NCBI GenBank assembly: GCA_025594325.1
Contig: JANHCV010000014.1
Coordinates: 1,054,001 to 1,118,000 of the forward strand
DNA: 64,000 nt
Source of the DNA: Blastocladiella emersonii ATCC 22665
Taxonomy: Eukaryota; Fungi; Blastocladiomycota
Reading direction: 5' to 3'
In this document: positions 1 to 10,007 of the stretch, piece by piece
Numbering within the stretch: position 1 is the stretch's first letter
Layout: every line of letters begins with the position of its first letter
Position numbers and translations under genes: made by a program
The notes under the pieces: model-generated
Told to the model about the DNA's origin: nothing
The model's input: only the letters and a program-made list of their open reading frames with translations
Database searches by the model: none

Positions 1-1309
1 TTCCGCACGGGAGGTTTGACAAGTGACGGGCTTGCACGGGTCGTACCTCGTCAAGGCAGCGACTGAAGCATACCTGCAAGCTCGAGACCACCCACTTGCT
101 CAACATATTATTGCGATGAAGTCTCAAGGTGACGGCATGCTTCACATCATAAGCACGACAGCGCTACCCGCCAACGTGGTTCACTCGATCCTGGCAGTTC
201 ACCACGCTTCAACCCCAAGCGACGCTTCCAACGCGCAAGTTATCAGTTCGGACACAGGATCGACTGGTCACGGCACTTCTTCCTCGCGACCGAGCTCGCC
301 AACATCTCCATCTCCTTCCCAATCAAGCGCCTCACCGCCGCAAGTCCCGCCTTGGCCAATGGATCTGAACCGGGAGCACCTGGAAGGTCTTCTCGGCGAG
401 GCCTTGCACGCGCTACAAGACGAAGCTTTACTTCACTCGGCTTGCGCAGTTTGCGGTCAGCTCTCGCCAAAGTCGACGTGCTCAACGACACTGATAGCCA
501 ACTTCCTCGCGGCTCACGGCGAATTCCTTGCTGAAAAGGCGGATCACATGTGGAAGAAGTTCTGCGCGGGAAAGGAGGGATTCACGCGACCTCCAATCCG
601 CGAAGAATTCCGTAGTGTTCCCCTCTGTGAGGACGGAGTTGATGGCGAGAGTATGTGCTGGTGTATCTTGCCAAAAACAACTCTGACAGTTGATCCGCTT
701 CCTTGTAGACGTCACCGTGTGCTCAACCTGCCTCACGCATCTCAATTCGACTGACCCAAAGAAACGTTTGCCCGTTTCTTCGCTCATGAACTACGGCAAT
801 CCCGGAAAGAAACCGACTCCGCTCGAAAATCTCACCTTCAGCGAATCCCAAAACTCGACGGAATTGACGAGTTGGGTGACATCCCCATCAAGCGCGAGAC
901 AATTAGCAAGATGGTCACCATTGACGGCAAGCGGTGGACCTTTTGGCGATCGCAGTTCCCCATTGAGCTGAGCTACGCGATCACGGCGCACAAGGCGCAG
1001 GGGATGACCCTGAACAAGGTCATTGCCGACTTCGGCGACCCCAAGCTCCCGCATCGTTTTCCTGCCCGGTACCCGTACATGGTCCTCTCTCGAGCGCGCA
1101 GGACCGAGGACATCCTCATCATCCGGTTCAACAGTCGGGTTCTCGTGCAGAAGGCATTACAGCACGTGGCGAAGGACATGGAGCGACTGTCCCCGCTGAG
1201 CAGGAGTGAGAATTGATAAACTACTTCACTTTCACCAACTGAAACAGTCTCAAGAAGCCAAGTAAAGCTACAGCTGAGACCCAAGTGTGTGCGCAGCACA
1301 CACACCTAG
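1..1309 (+). mobile_element. Helitron 3' portion (internally deleted, non-autonomous); 5' end lies outside the window
   Basis: Perfect 8-bp hairpin gtgtgtgc-gca-gcacacac (1285-1303) followed by CTAG (1306-1309) and T (1310), the canonical Helitron 3' terminus. Upstream sequence encodes Helitron RepHel N-terminal and PIF1 helicase C-terminal motifs. Confidence 0.85.
23..1216 (+). pseudogene. Deleted Helitron RepHel gene: Cys-rich N-terminus / start of DUF6570-like region joined out of frame to PIF1 helicase C-terminus
   Basis: Exon 23-650 has WP...CAVCG. Intron 651-708 (GTATGT..CTGAC..TAG) restores frame into VTVCSTCL..SLMNYGNPGKKPTPLENLTFSE. Near 845-850 the sequence switches frame to IPKLDGIDELGDIPI...RSQFPIELSYAITAHKAQGMTL...YMVLSRAR (PIF1 C-terminal motifs). 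Rep domain and most of the helicase are missing. Confidence 0.8.
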
Positions 1310-1366
1310 TTGACACCATATGAAATTCGCGTACCTGCCTGGAGTGAGCCGGCGGTGGGGGACAAG

Positions 1367-2452
1367 ATGAGCGCGCTGTGGCGCGACGCGTTCCTGAACG
1401 CGTCCAACCGAATTTCCATGCTCCCACCCACACACGATACACTACACGGAAAGCAAATGAACTCGGCGGGACCTAGCGCAACGCGTGGCAAGCCGCTGCC
1501 CAAGACCAAGGGGCCGGGCAAGGGCGTCCGCCGTCCCAAGAAGCCAGCGCAGGCCAGCGGCGGCGGCCGCAAGGTGACCATGGACGGGTTTGGCGACAAC
1601 TGGCAGCTCGCGATCCAGGCGGGCCTGAGCCAGTTCGCGCGCGGGCCCGAGCTGCAGCCCGAGGTCCTCGGGTTTGTCAACCGCTGTCTCAAGCGGTACG
1701 CGGACGACGCCGAGTGGGACCGCGTGTTCGCGCCGCTCGCGCACGTCAACCACAGTATTTGGGCGAACCTCATGGAGCTGGCGACCTGGGACGAGTTTGA
1801 TGCTGTACTGGCGAGCGCGGTCGCCACGGGCGACAATGTAGCCAAGTCAATCTACTTCAACCCGTGCGAGAAGGGGAAAATGGGCAACCTAAACTTTATC
1901 AACCTTTGCATTATCACCGGCGCCGTGCCGCTTATTCGTCGTGGCTCGTTCACGGTGGAGACGGACGAGGGGGGCGTCGAAGCGCAAAACCTGCTCACTC
2001 TGACCATCCACCACCTGCTCATCCTACTCATGCGCAGCCGGCTCCGCGCGACGCTCCGCAAGCACAAGGTGCTCCGCGGCCTCGACGCGCTGGCCGCCGC
2101 GCGCGCGGCGAGCACCGTCACGGACGCGGTCCTGCACGTTGTCGCGCGCCACTCGCAGTCCCCCGCGGCGGGCAACTGGGCCCACTTCAATCACCAGGTG
2201 GTCCTCCAGAGCACGACTTCGCACGGCCAGCTCGCGCGCGCCATGCACCGCGTCAAGCTCCCGCCCGAGTTCATTGACCTCTACTTCAAGACCATGGTCC
2301 CAGAGCTCCTGCTCAAGGTCATCAAGCCTGGGCACGGGGTCGTCCCGCCGCTCGGCGTCGGCGAGGAGGAGTGGTCCATCTTCTACGACGCGGCGCTGTG
2401 CGAGATCCACTCGCTTGCGGGCGAGGTCGTCGCGGCGCGCGGCCAGGTCTAG
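1367..2452 (+). CDS. Hypothetical protein (~360 aa; frame open from 1310)
   Basis: Long ORF with host-like G/C third-position codon bias; no recognisable domain; a small intron near 1930-2036 cannot be excluded. Confidence 0.6.
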   Translation: MSALWRDAFLNASNRISMLPPTHDTLHGKQMNSAGPSATRGKPLPKTKGPGKGVRRPKKPAQASGGGRKVTMDGFGDNWQLAIQAGLSQFARGPELQPEVLGFVNRCLKRYADDAEWDRVFAPLAHVNHSIWANLMELATWDEFDAVLASAVATGDNVAKSIYFNPCEKGKMGNLNFINLCIITGAVPLIRRGSFTVETDEGGVEAQNLLTLTIHHLLILLMRSRLRATLRKHKVLRGLDALAAARAASTVTDAVLHVVARHSQSPAAGNWAHFNHQVVLQSTTSHGQLARAMHRVKLPPEFIDLYFKTMVPELLLKVIKPGHGVVPPLGVGEEEWSIFYDAALCEIHSLAGEVVAARGQV

Positions 2453-2738
2453 AGTTTGGAACGGTTGTGAATTGACTTGCAGTTTGCTTTATTCAAAGTT
2501 TTACTACTATCGTATCGGGAATGAGATTTCGGTTTGCCGAGCGCGCAGGGGTTCGATCAAGCGCACCGAACCAGATAGTACCTCTGACCGAACCCGAAGC
2601 GGGAACGCGGCGCGTAACTTTGACGCGGCTGACGGGCTGATCAGCTGATCAATCGTCCGGCGGCCACAACCGTTTCAGGTCTGCTTGGTCTCGCTCACCC
2701 TTCCCGCTCCCCGTTGACGACAAATTCCAACCACCACC

Positions 2739-4112
2739 ATGATGCAAACGAATGAATACTTGATGCAATGGATTATACGACCCATTCCGCGCTTGCCTAC
2801 CGAAATCGTCGAGCGAATCATTTTGATCGCGCTTGGCAGCTGCAGTGCCGAGACCCCCGAGTCGTGCGAACCCGCGTTGAACCTGCTCCGAGCCTTGTCT
2901 TGGCCTATTTCACGCTTGCGCAAGTTTATCTCCTGCGACCCGCTGGCGGCGCGGCTTCGGCATGGTGCGTTGCAGCCTGTAAACAATGAGCTCCGCAACG
3001 CGCTGCTTGAGTTTTTCGTCCCGCCTCCTCCTCCGCGCAACGAGCTCGAGTGTGCCTTGTACATCAAGATGGCTTCCTGCGCGGGTCAGACTAAAGTTCT
3101 TGACGCTTGGCGCAAAGCCGTCAATCGAGCTTGCAACGTTTCCTTTTCGGTCGAGGCTTTCGAACTTGCTATTGCCGCGGGCCAGTGCGACGCATTCAAG
3201 TGGTGGTGGCATCACGGCAAATTCGAGGTCGACCACGACCGCGCGTTCCAAATTGCTTTTGACAATGATCGGGGCGAGGTCTTACATTGGATCGCGTACT
3301 GCTACCGCCCTCCTCGAACCCAAACCGGCAGCAGCGATAGCGATAGCGACGACGAAGAAGATTACGATGGTGACTTTGATTACGTTTTTGACTACCCGCT
3401 TGATAATCAGCAAATGCGAGCGCGCAAAGACTTCTTGAGTCGAAAGTGCCACAACTTGGTTGACCAAGCGATTGAACGCGGGCTCACAGACGTTCTCGAC
3501 CATTATCCCCTGGATTACATGTACAACGAGGAGTTCTCTTCTTACGACGACTGGGCTCACCAGGTTGACTGGATCCAGGTCATTTTTGACTGCATCGACA
3601 AGGACTGCCCGCGTATGCTCAAATGGATTGCTTTGAGTTGTCACGCCTTTCACTACACCTTCTTCAACTCTTTCCAGCATACCTCCTACAGCGAGAACCC
3701 CACCATTACGCCGTTCCATGAACTTGCCCGCCAGGGCGTCGTGTTCCTTGACGAAGCCACCAAGGCAGGTGCCGTTCGTTGCTTGGAGTGGATTCAACAG
3801 TTTAACGACAATCCTGCCAAGCCGCTGATTGGAACTGATGACTATGACTTTGAGGTCATCCTTGAGGCCGCGCGCCAAGGCCATATCGAGACTGTTGAAT
3901 GGTGGCTCAAGTCGCCCCACCTCAACAAGCGCGGCCGGCGGGAGGTCCTGCGAGCGCTTGATGCCGCTGGATTCACCACAGAGCTTCACGAGTCGGACCT
4001 GGGTTCTCAGTCCGGGTCTGAGGTGTGGACCGAGGATGAGGAGGACGAGGAGGACGCGGATGAGGATGACGAGGAGGACGCGGATGAGGAAGACGAGGAT
4101 CGCGAGGATTGA
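2739..4112 (+). CDS. F-box-like N-terminus plus degenerate ankyrin-like repeat protein with acidic tail (457 aa)
   Basis: RLPTEIVERIILIA (F-box-like); repeated AS..GQ..VL.WW helices (ASCAGQTKVLDAW, AIAAGQCDAFKWW, ATKAGAVRCLEWI, AARQGHIETVEWW); D/E-rich C-terminus. Confidence 0.65.
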   Translation: MMQTNEYLMQWIIRPIPRLPTEIVERIILIALGSCSAETPESCEPALNLLRALSWPISRLRKFISCDPLAARLRHGALQPVNNELRNALLEFFVPPPPPRNELECALYIKMASCAGQTKVLDAWRKAVNRACNVSFSVEAFELAIAAGQCDAFKWWWHHGKFEVDHDRAFQIAFDNDRGEVLHWIAYCYRPPRTQTGSSDSDSDDEEDYDGDFDYVFDYPLDNQQMRARKDFLSRKCHNLVDQAIERGLTDVLDHYPLDYMYNEEFSSYDDWAHQVDWIQVIFDCIDKDCPRMLKWIALSCHAFHYTFFNSFQHTSYSENPTITPFHELARQGVVFLDEATKAGAVRCLEWIQQFNDNPAKPLIGTDDYDFEVILEAARQGHIETVEWWLKSPHLNKRGRREVLRALDAAGFTTELHESDLGSQSGSEVWTEDEEDEEDADEDDEEDADEEDEDRED

Positions 4113-4360
4113 CATCGCATTTGATAAATTTGACGATTTTTTCCCCCAAACATTCATTTGCTCAGGCTATCGTTCTGCGCAGTGGATGTTCGAGCTTGGA
4201 GAGCTGTTTTGTAAACGTGAAAGACCAGCCCCTGACACGAACGCGACTGACAGACAACTACTCACCGATCTCGCGTCAGGAGGCGCCCACGGAATATTTC
4301 AGGCGCGTCGGCCCCGCTCGCCTTGCTCACTCCCACAAGTAAAAAACCCCGATCACCACC

Positions 4361-4972
4361 ATGAATCAACCAATGGACGACTTGGCGCATTCGCCTCAGC
4401 GACCTCTCCCGCGCTTACCTTTCGAAATTGCCGAGACCATTATCTTGACTGCGGTTGACCACTGCACTTGCGAGTCCCTCGAGTCGTGTGAGAATGTCTT
4501 GAACCTGCTCTGCGCCTTGCCTTGGCCCGCTTCACGCTTGCGCACGTTTATTTCGTGCGACCTGCGCTGCGAGCGGTTCCGGGACCGCGTATTGCAGCCC
4601 ACGAACGACGAGCTCCACGCAGAGCTTCTCGAGCTTTTTGTTCCGCCTCCCCCTCTCATCAACGACTTCGAGTGCGAGTTTTACATCACACTTGCGTCGG
4701 CAGCGGGCGAAATCAAGCTCCTCAGCAAGTGGTGGAATGCTGGCGGCAATGCAAGCGAGGCCCACTTTGCGTCCGAGGCGTTTGAAGCTGCCGCTGCGAA
4801 TGGCCAGCTCAAGTCGATGAAATGGTGGCGCACAACGGGACTCGAGCTTGACTACGATCGCGCCTTCGACCTTGCTTTTTCTCACGACGAAGGGTACATC
4901 CTTACTTGGATCGCTTCCTCCTACCGCCATCAAGCTGCGAGTGCTGCTCGCGTCACCGTGCAGCCTCACTGA
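4361..4972 (+). CDS. Tandem, C-terminally truncated paralog of the 2739-4112 gene (203 aa; possibly a pseudogene)
   Basis: Colinear similarity: RLPFEIAETIILTA / SCENVLNLLCALPWPASRLRTFISCD / LLELFVPPPP / LDYDRAFDLAF..WIA. Same caccaccATGA start context. Stops about 15 codons after the alignment ends. Confidence 0.65.
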   Translation: MNQPMDDLAHSPQRPLPRLPFEIAETIILTAVDHCTCESLESCENVLNLLCALPWPASRLRTFISCDLRCERFRDRVLQPTNDELHAELLELFVPPPPLINDFECEFYITLASAAGEIKLLSKWWNAGGNASEAHFASEAFEAAAANGQLKSMKWWRTTGLELDYDRAFDLAFSHDEGYILTWIASSYRHQAASAARVTVQPH

Positions 4973-5161
4973 GCCGAGCTGGTCGTGGTCGGGCGGGAGA
5001 ATCAACGCTGGTTCGGATTACACGTGAGCTATAAATGCGCAAGGGATACGGGTGGAGGGTGAAGTGGCACACAAGGGTTTCGGAGGGAGGAGAGGGTATC
5101 ACACACGGCACGAGCAGTAGGCCACCATGGCCATCGACGAGGCAATAGTGCCATGGCCACG

Positions 5162-5925
5162 TTACCCGCTCGCCGGCGCCGTGGCGGGCTTGTGCAGGAG
5201 CAGGACCGTGTGCTGGGCGCCGCACGCGGTGGCGATGCCCGTGGCGCCCGACTTGGAGAAGTCGAAGGCGAGGGGCGAGGGCAGGTCGTCAGTCGCGTCG
5301 TCGGGCTTGAACGGGGCCGACCCGGTGCCGAGCTGGCCCATGTCGTTGGTGCCCCACCGGTACACCTTGCCGTCCTCGGTGATGGCGACGTTGTGGTGCG
5401 CGCCCACCGCGGTCTTGCGCACCGCGGCCGAGAACGCGGGCAGGGCCGTCGGGTTGTCGACCGACAGGATGGACCCGCTCTCGGCGCCGAGGCCGAGCTC
5501 ACACCCGTTGGCGCGGCCGAACGCGAGCACTCGGCCGTCGTCGAGCAGCGCGAACGTGTGGTGCTCGCCGCCGGCCGCCGCGACGACCGACGTCTCCGGC
5601 GGCAGCGTGATGAAGTCCGGCCCGTAGCACGGGTTGAGGAACGTGGGGCGACCGCACTGGCCCCAGTTGTTGAGCCCGAACATCCACAGGTCGCCGTCTA
5701 CACGAACGAGAGCAGCGTGAGCTGCTGACCGAGCGAGGACCGCAGTGCGACGGGTCCGTACCAGTCGCCGGGCGCGTGTTGGCAGCAACCATCTTACCGG
5801 AAATCGACGAGGGAGTGGCTACACGATCGATGCGGGGCGGGACGCCGTGAGTCGCGCGCGGAACGTGCGAGTGCGCCGCGCGACGGGTCCGTACCAGCCG
5901 CCGCGGGGCGAGCCTTGGGGAGCAT
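5162..5925 (-). CDS. RCC1-repeat protein comprising only the C-terminal ~3.5 blades of RCC1/Pim1
   Basis: Main exon 5697-5162: WMFGLNNWGQCG, AAGGEHHT..DGRVLAFGR..LGLG, GAHHNVAITEDGKVYRWG..GQLGTG, ACGAQHTVLLL. Intron acceptor at 5698. Two candidate 31-nt first coding exons (5792-5762 and 5925-5895) both splice in frame. Confidence 0.75.
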
Positions 5926-6513
5926 GCGCTTGCGGGTACCCGCGGCCGACGCCGAGGTAGTCGCTACACGGACGGTGCGTGAGTCGTAGGACGCTCGAAT
6001 CCTTCGCGCGATGCGGATGCGTACTGCGGGCGGCGGCGGTGTTGTTGCGGGCGGGGGCGTGCTTGGGCATGCTGATGTGGAAAGTCGGTTGGGGGGTGGT
6101 TGCAGCGGGTTCGTAGTGATAGCGAGCAAGGTTGCGAGCGTTGATGGTGTCGAGAGAGAGAGAGCGCGCGGAGAGCGCAAGGAGAGCGCGAGGGGCGAGC
6201 GCCCCGCCCACGCCTGCCGCCGCCCGGCGCGCGGAATCGGGCTCGCAGAGGGTGCCGGCGATAAACTTCGTCAGGGGGAGGGGGCGGTGTCACGCAGCCC
6301 CCCTGGCTTTCGCGGTGCGAGACGCGCCGTGAGACGCGTCGCAAACGGAGCTGCCACTTCCCTCAGCAACCGCGTGACTATAGGTCAGGTGACCCGGCCG
6401 AGTGTCTCCGCTCTTGTCTCCCCGCCGACGCCGATCTTTTCTCCCCGTGCGACTCCCCGCAATCCATGTATCTGTCGCGTGCGCGCACGTTCGCCACGTA
6501 CCCGACCGTGAGA

Positions 6514-7924
6514 ATGGCCAAGAGCAAGTATGAATACGTCAAGGAGTTTGAGACCAACGCCGTGATGCTGCGGAATACGTGGGTCGTGGTGCGCGTCGAC
6601 GGCAAGGGGTTCCACAAGTACGGCTCCGTTAGGCATTTGTACCTGCCGGATCGTTGACCCCGAAGGTGTAGGTTCAGCAAGAACAATGATTTCGTGAAGC
6701 CCAACGACGAGGCGGCGCTGCGGCTCATGAACTACGCCGCGACCAAGGTCATGGAGGAGTTTGACGACCTGACGCTCGCGTACGGCCAGAGCGACGAGTA
6801 CTCGTTCCTGTTCCGCCGCTCGACCGAGCTGTACAACCGCCGCGAGAGGTACGCGCTCTTCTTACTCTGGTCGCTCGGTGGCGGGTGGCCCTGCCTGTCG
6901 CTCCAGACGGTCGCCGTGCAGTTCGACGGAATCCCGCAGTGGCACTCGCGCGGGCAGTTTGCCGACCCGGAGCAGCAGCAGCTCTCCCGGGGCCCGTTCG
7001 CTCTGCGGCAGCGGCCGTAGTCACTGCCTCTCGCACCAGGTGGCCGCCATACCGCAGCTACAACTGCCGCGCGGTCCATCGGTGACGGAGCCCCGGCCCG
7101 ACGCTCGCGCGAGGAGTTGCCGATCCTGGACTGCCGCCGTCCTCGGATCGTGGGCGGGCAGCCGCAGTCTCGGCGAAAGTGCGAGCTGTTTGCTGTACGA
7201 GCAACACGGCCGCTCTCTTCAAGCCCAGTCACTCGGCGAGGGGTCCCTCGATCTCACTTGCGACCACGCCCGTCGAACTGTGACCGCGCCCTCCCGCCGC
7301 CGCTCGCTACCCGCCCCGCGTCCCCCGCCCGCTCGCACTCACCACTCACCCCACCCCGTTTCCGCGTGTAGCAAGCTCGCGACCGTCCTGGGCTCCATGT
7401 TCACCGCGTACTACGTGCACGGCTGGCCGCAATTCTTCCCCTCCAAACCGCTGCTCACCCCGCCCGCCTTCGACTCGCGCGCCGTCTCGTACCCCTCCAC
7501 GCAGAACGTGCGCGACTACTTCTCCTGGCGGCAGGCCGACTGCCACATCAACAACCTGAACAACACCGTGTACTGGTCTTTGGTCCTCCGCGGCGGGCTG
7601 GACGAGCGCGCGGCGACGAAACGACTCCAGGGGACGCAGGCCAAGGACAAGAACGAGATCCTGTTCAGCGAGTTCGGGATCAACTACGCGAAAGAGCCCG
7701 AGATGTTCCGCAAGGGGACCACGCTGTTCAAGCAGGAGGTGCAGGTCACGAAAGAGTCGCGGATCCCGGCGAAGCACGCGCGGGCGGATTTCGAAACGGT
7801 GCGGGTCGAGGGGGAGATGGTGGTGCAGATGGTGACGCGGATGAAGATGGCGGTCTGTGAGACGACCGAGGATATCATTGGCGACGAGTTTTGGGCGGCG
7901 CACCCGGACGCGATTCGCGACTAG
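6514..7924 (+). CDS. THG1: tRNA(His) guanylyltransferase Thg1
   Basis: Exons 6514-6617, 6672-6848, 7372-7924. MAKSKYEYVKEFE, VRVDGKGFH, KPND, AYGQSDEYSFLF, PAFDSRAV, DYFSWRQADCHINNL, FRKGT are Thg1 signature motifs. Confidence 0.95.
6849..7371 (+). other. Unusually long (523 nt) hairpin-rich intron 2 of THG1; candidate intron-hosted structured RNA
   Basis: GT at 6849 and AG at 7370-7371 restore RE-S-KL. Other coding-gene introns here are 51-70 nt. Several stems are visible by eye (see findings). Not assignable to a known RNA family. Confidence 0.45.
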
Positions 7925-7957
7925 TTAGTTATACATTCATTCCACGTTGCATTACAT

Positions 7958-9780
7958 TCAAATATCCGAAATGTCGCGTCCAAACACCTTGGTCTTGACC
8001 CAGTCCGCGGCCAGGAGGAACCGCGTGCGCATCGCGACCTGCTCCGAGAAATATGCCCCGCGCCAGAGCCACGCGGCCGCCGCGCCGCCCGTCGCCATGC
8101 CCGCGCCGAAATCCGCGACCCCCTCCTCGCCGCCGACGTACGCGAGCGACCCGAGGTGGCGGTACCGGAACAGCTGCCGCGCGGCCGCCTCGGACCCCAC
8201 CCGCCGCAGCGCGCTGAGCTTGTGCCCGAGATACTTGCCCTGCTGCGCGGCGACCTGGGCGGTCGCGGGGAGCGACTTGAGCCGGGTATCCACATCCGCG
8301 AGGAGGGCGCGGAACTCGGCCGCGCTGAGCGTCTGTGATCCGTCGGCGTCGAACGTGTCGAACGCGACGTCGACGGCGGCCAGGTGCGTCTCAGCCGTCG
8401 GGTGGCGCTGCGCGAGCGCGTGCGCGAACCGCTTGTACTCGTCGCGCGTCAGGGCGCCGTCGCCGTCGGTGTCGGCTTCGGCGAACAGGGCGGCGAGGCG
8501 GTCGAGGAACCGCGGGTTGGCGATGGCCGCGCAGTCGCCGACCGCGTACACGTCCTGGGCGCCGAGGACGGCGAGCCCGTCGTCGACGGCCAGCATGCGC
8601 GCGTGGGTCTGCGCGTCGATGGCGTCGGCGAACTTGCGCACGATCGGGCGCATCCCGACGCCGGCGGCCCACAGGCAGAACCCGTGCTTGATCGTCTCCT
8701 GGGTCTTGCGGCCGTCGGGGTGCGCGAGCGTGTACCCGATCTCGTCGGCCGAAACGCGGTTGACGCGAGCGTGGGTCACGACGTTGATCCCGGCGCGGCG
8801 GAACTTGGCGGCGGCGTACTCGGAGATGCGCTTGTCGAAGGTGTTGAGGATGTGCTCGCCCGACTGGACGAGGTGCACCGAGACGAGCGGGACGAGCGCC
8901 GGGTAGTACCGCGCGAGATCCTCCCCCAAAAGATCGTGGAACTCGCCGGCAAACTCGGACCCTGTGGGCCCAGCGCCGCAGATGACGAACGTCAGCAGCC
9001 GCTTCTGCTCGTCGGGCGGCGTCGTCGGGAGCGCGGCGCGCTCAAAGTTGGCGAGAATGTGTTTCCGGATGGCGCGCGCGTCGGCGACCGATTTCAAAAA
9101 GTGGCAGTGCTCCTTGACGCCCGGGAGGCCGAAGGTGCTGCTCTCGCTGCCGACGGCGACGACCAGCACGTCGTAGTGCAGCACGACGTCGGCGCCGTCG
9201 ACGGCGCGCACGTGCACGTGCTTGTCGTGCACGTCAATGTCCTCGGCGGCGCCGTACACGAAGCGCGCGGACGGGATGGAGGTGGACAGGATGCGGCGCA
9301 CGGGCTCGACGAGCGACCGGTCCTCGACGGTCCCGACGCACGCCGAGGGGAGGAGCGGCGTGTAGTAGAAGTTGTTGGTCGGCGAGACGACCGTCACGTC
9401 GTACGGGTCCGCGTCGAGCGAGCGCAGAAGGCTGGTCGCGCCCCATCCGCTGCCTGTACGCACGAGCGGGTCAGTCTTCGCTGCGGGACGCGAAGAGGGT
9501 GCAGCGTACCGAGCACAACGAGCCGCGGCTTCTCCACCTTGACCGCCGCATCCGCAAGCACGGCGCCCGAGCCCAGACTTGGCCCAACCCACCGCTTCGC
9601 CGCGGCCGCGAGAGGCGCCAGAGACGACGGAAGCAGATCGGCGTCGTCGTCGTCCTTGGCGGCAACCCACACGGCAGCGGCGGTCGCGGCGGTCGCAGTC
9701 ACCGCGACGACGGCGCGGCGACGAACGGCGGGCGACGCGGAGGCAACGTGGGCCCGGGCGGCGGCGCGGAAGGCATGCAT
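7958..9780 (-). CDS. Mitochondrial type II (alternative, external-type) NADH dehydrogenase with EF-hand insert
   Basis: Exons 9780-9510 and 9453-7958 (56-nt intron). VVLGSGWGA, YTPLLPSACVGT, GAGPTGSEFAGE, ATAQVAAQQGKY; EF-hand loops DTDGDGALTRDE and DADGSQTLSAAE; Arg/Ala-rich presequence. Confidence 0.92.
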
Positions 9781-10007
9781 GGCGGTGGTTGATTCGTTCG
9801 TATTCAGGAACGCTCGTTGGGTTGGGTTGGGTTGGGGGAAGAGAGGAAGCGGCGGCGAAGGCCCCCGTTCAAGGAGCGCCACCGGATCTTCTCTCGAAGG
9901 TGGCCCCACGCGGCCCGCCATGAACGCGCGGCGCCGCCCACGTGTGGTCGAAACGCGACGCGTCTCTCCTCCTCCCTCCCCTCGCTTCAACACCTAACGC
10001 AAAGCAA

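Noticed and set aside
2540-2570. GTTCGA resembling a tRNA T-loop
   Set aside because: No 5-bp T stem, anticodon arm or acceptor stem can be built. No tRNA or rRNA gene was recognised in the window.
6849-7371. Assigning the THG1 intron to a TPP riboswitch, RNase P/MRP, SRP RNA, snoRNA, telomerase RNA or group II intron domain V
   Set aside because: Diagnostic motifs (CUGAGA; CR-I/CR-V pairing; SRP helix-8 loop; C/D or H/ACA boxes; CCCUAA template; exact domain V geometry) were not found, so it is left unassigned.
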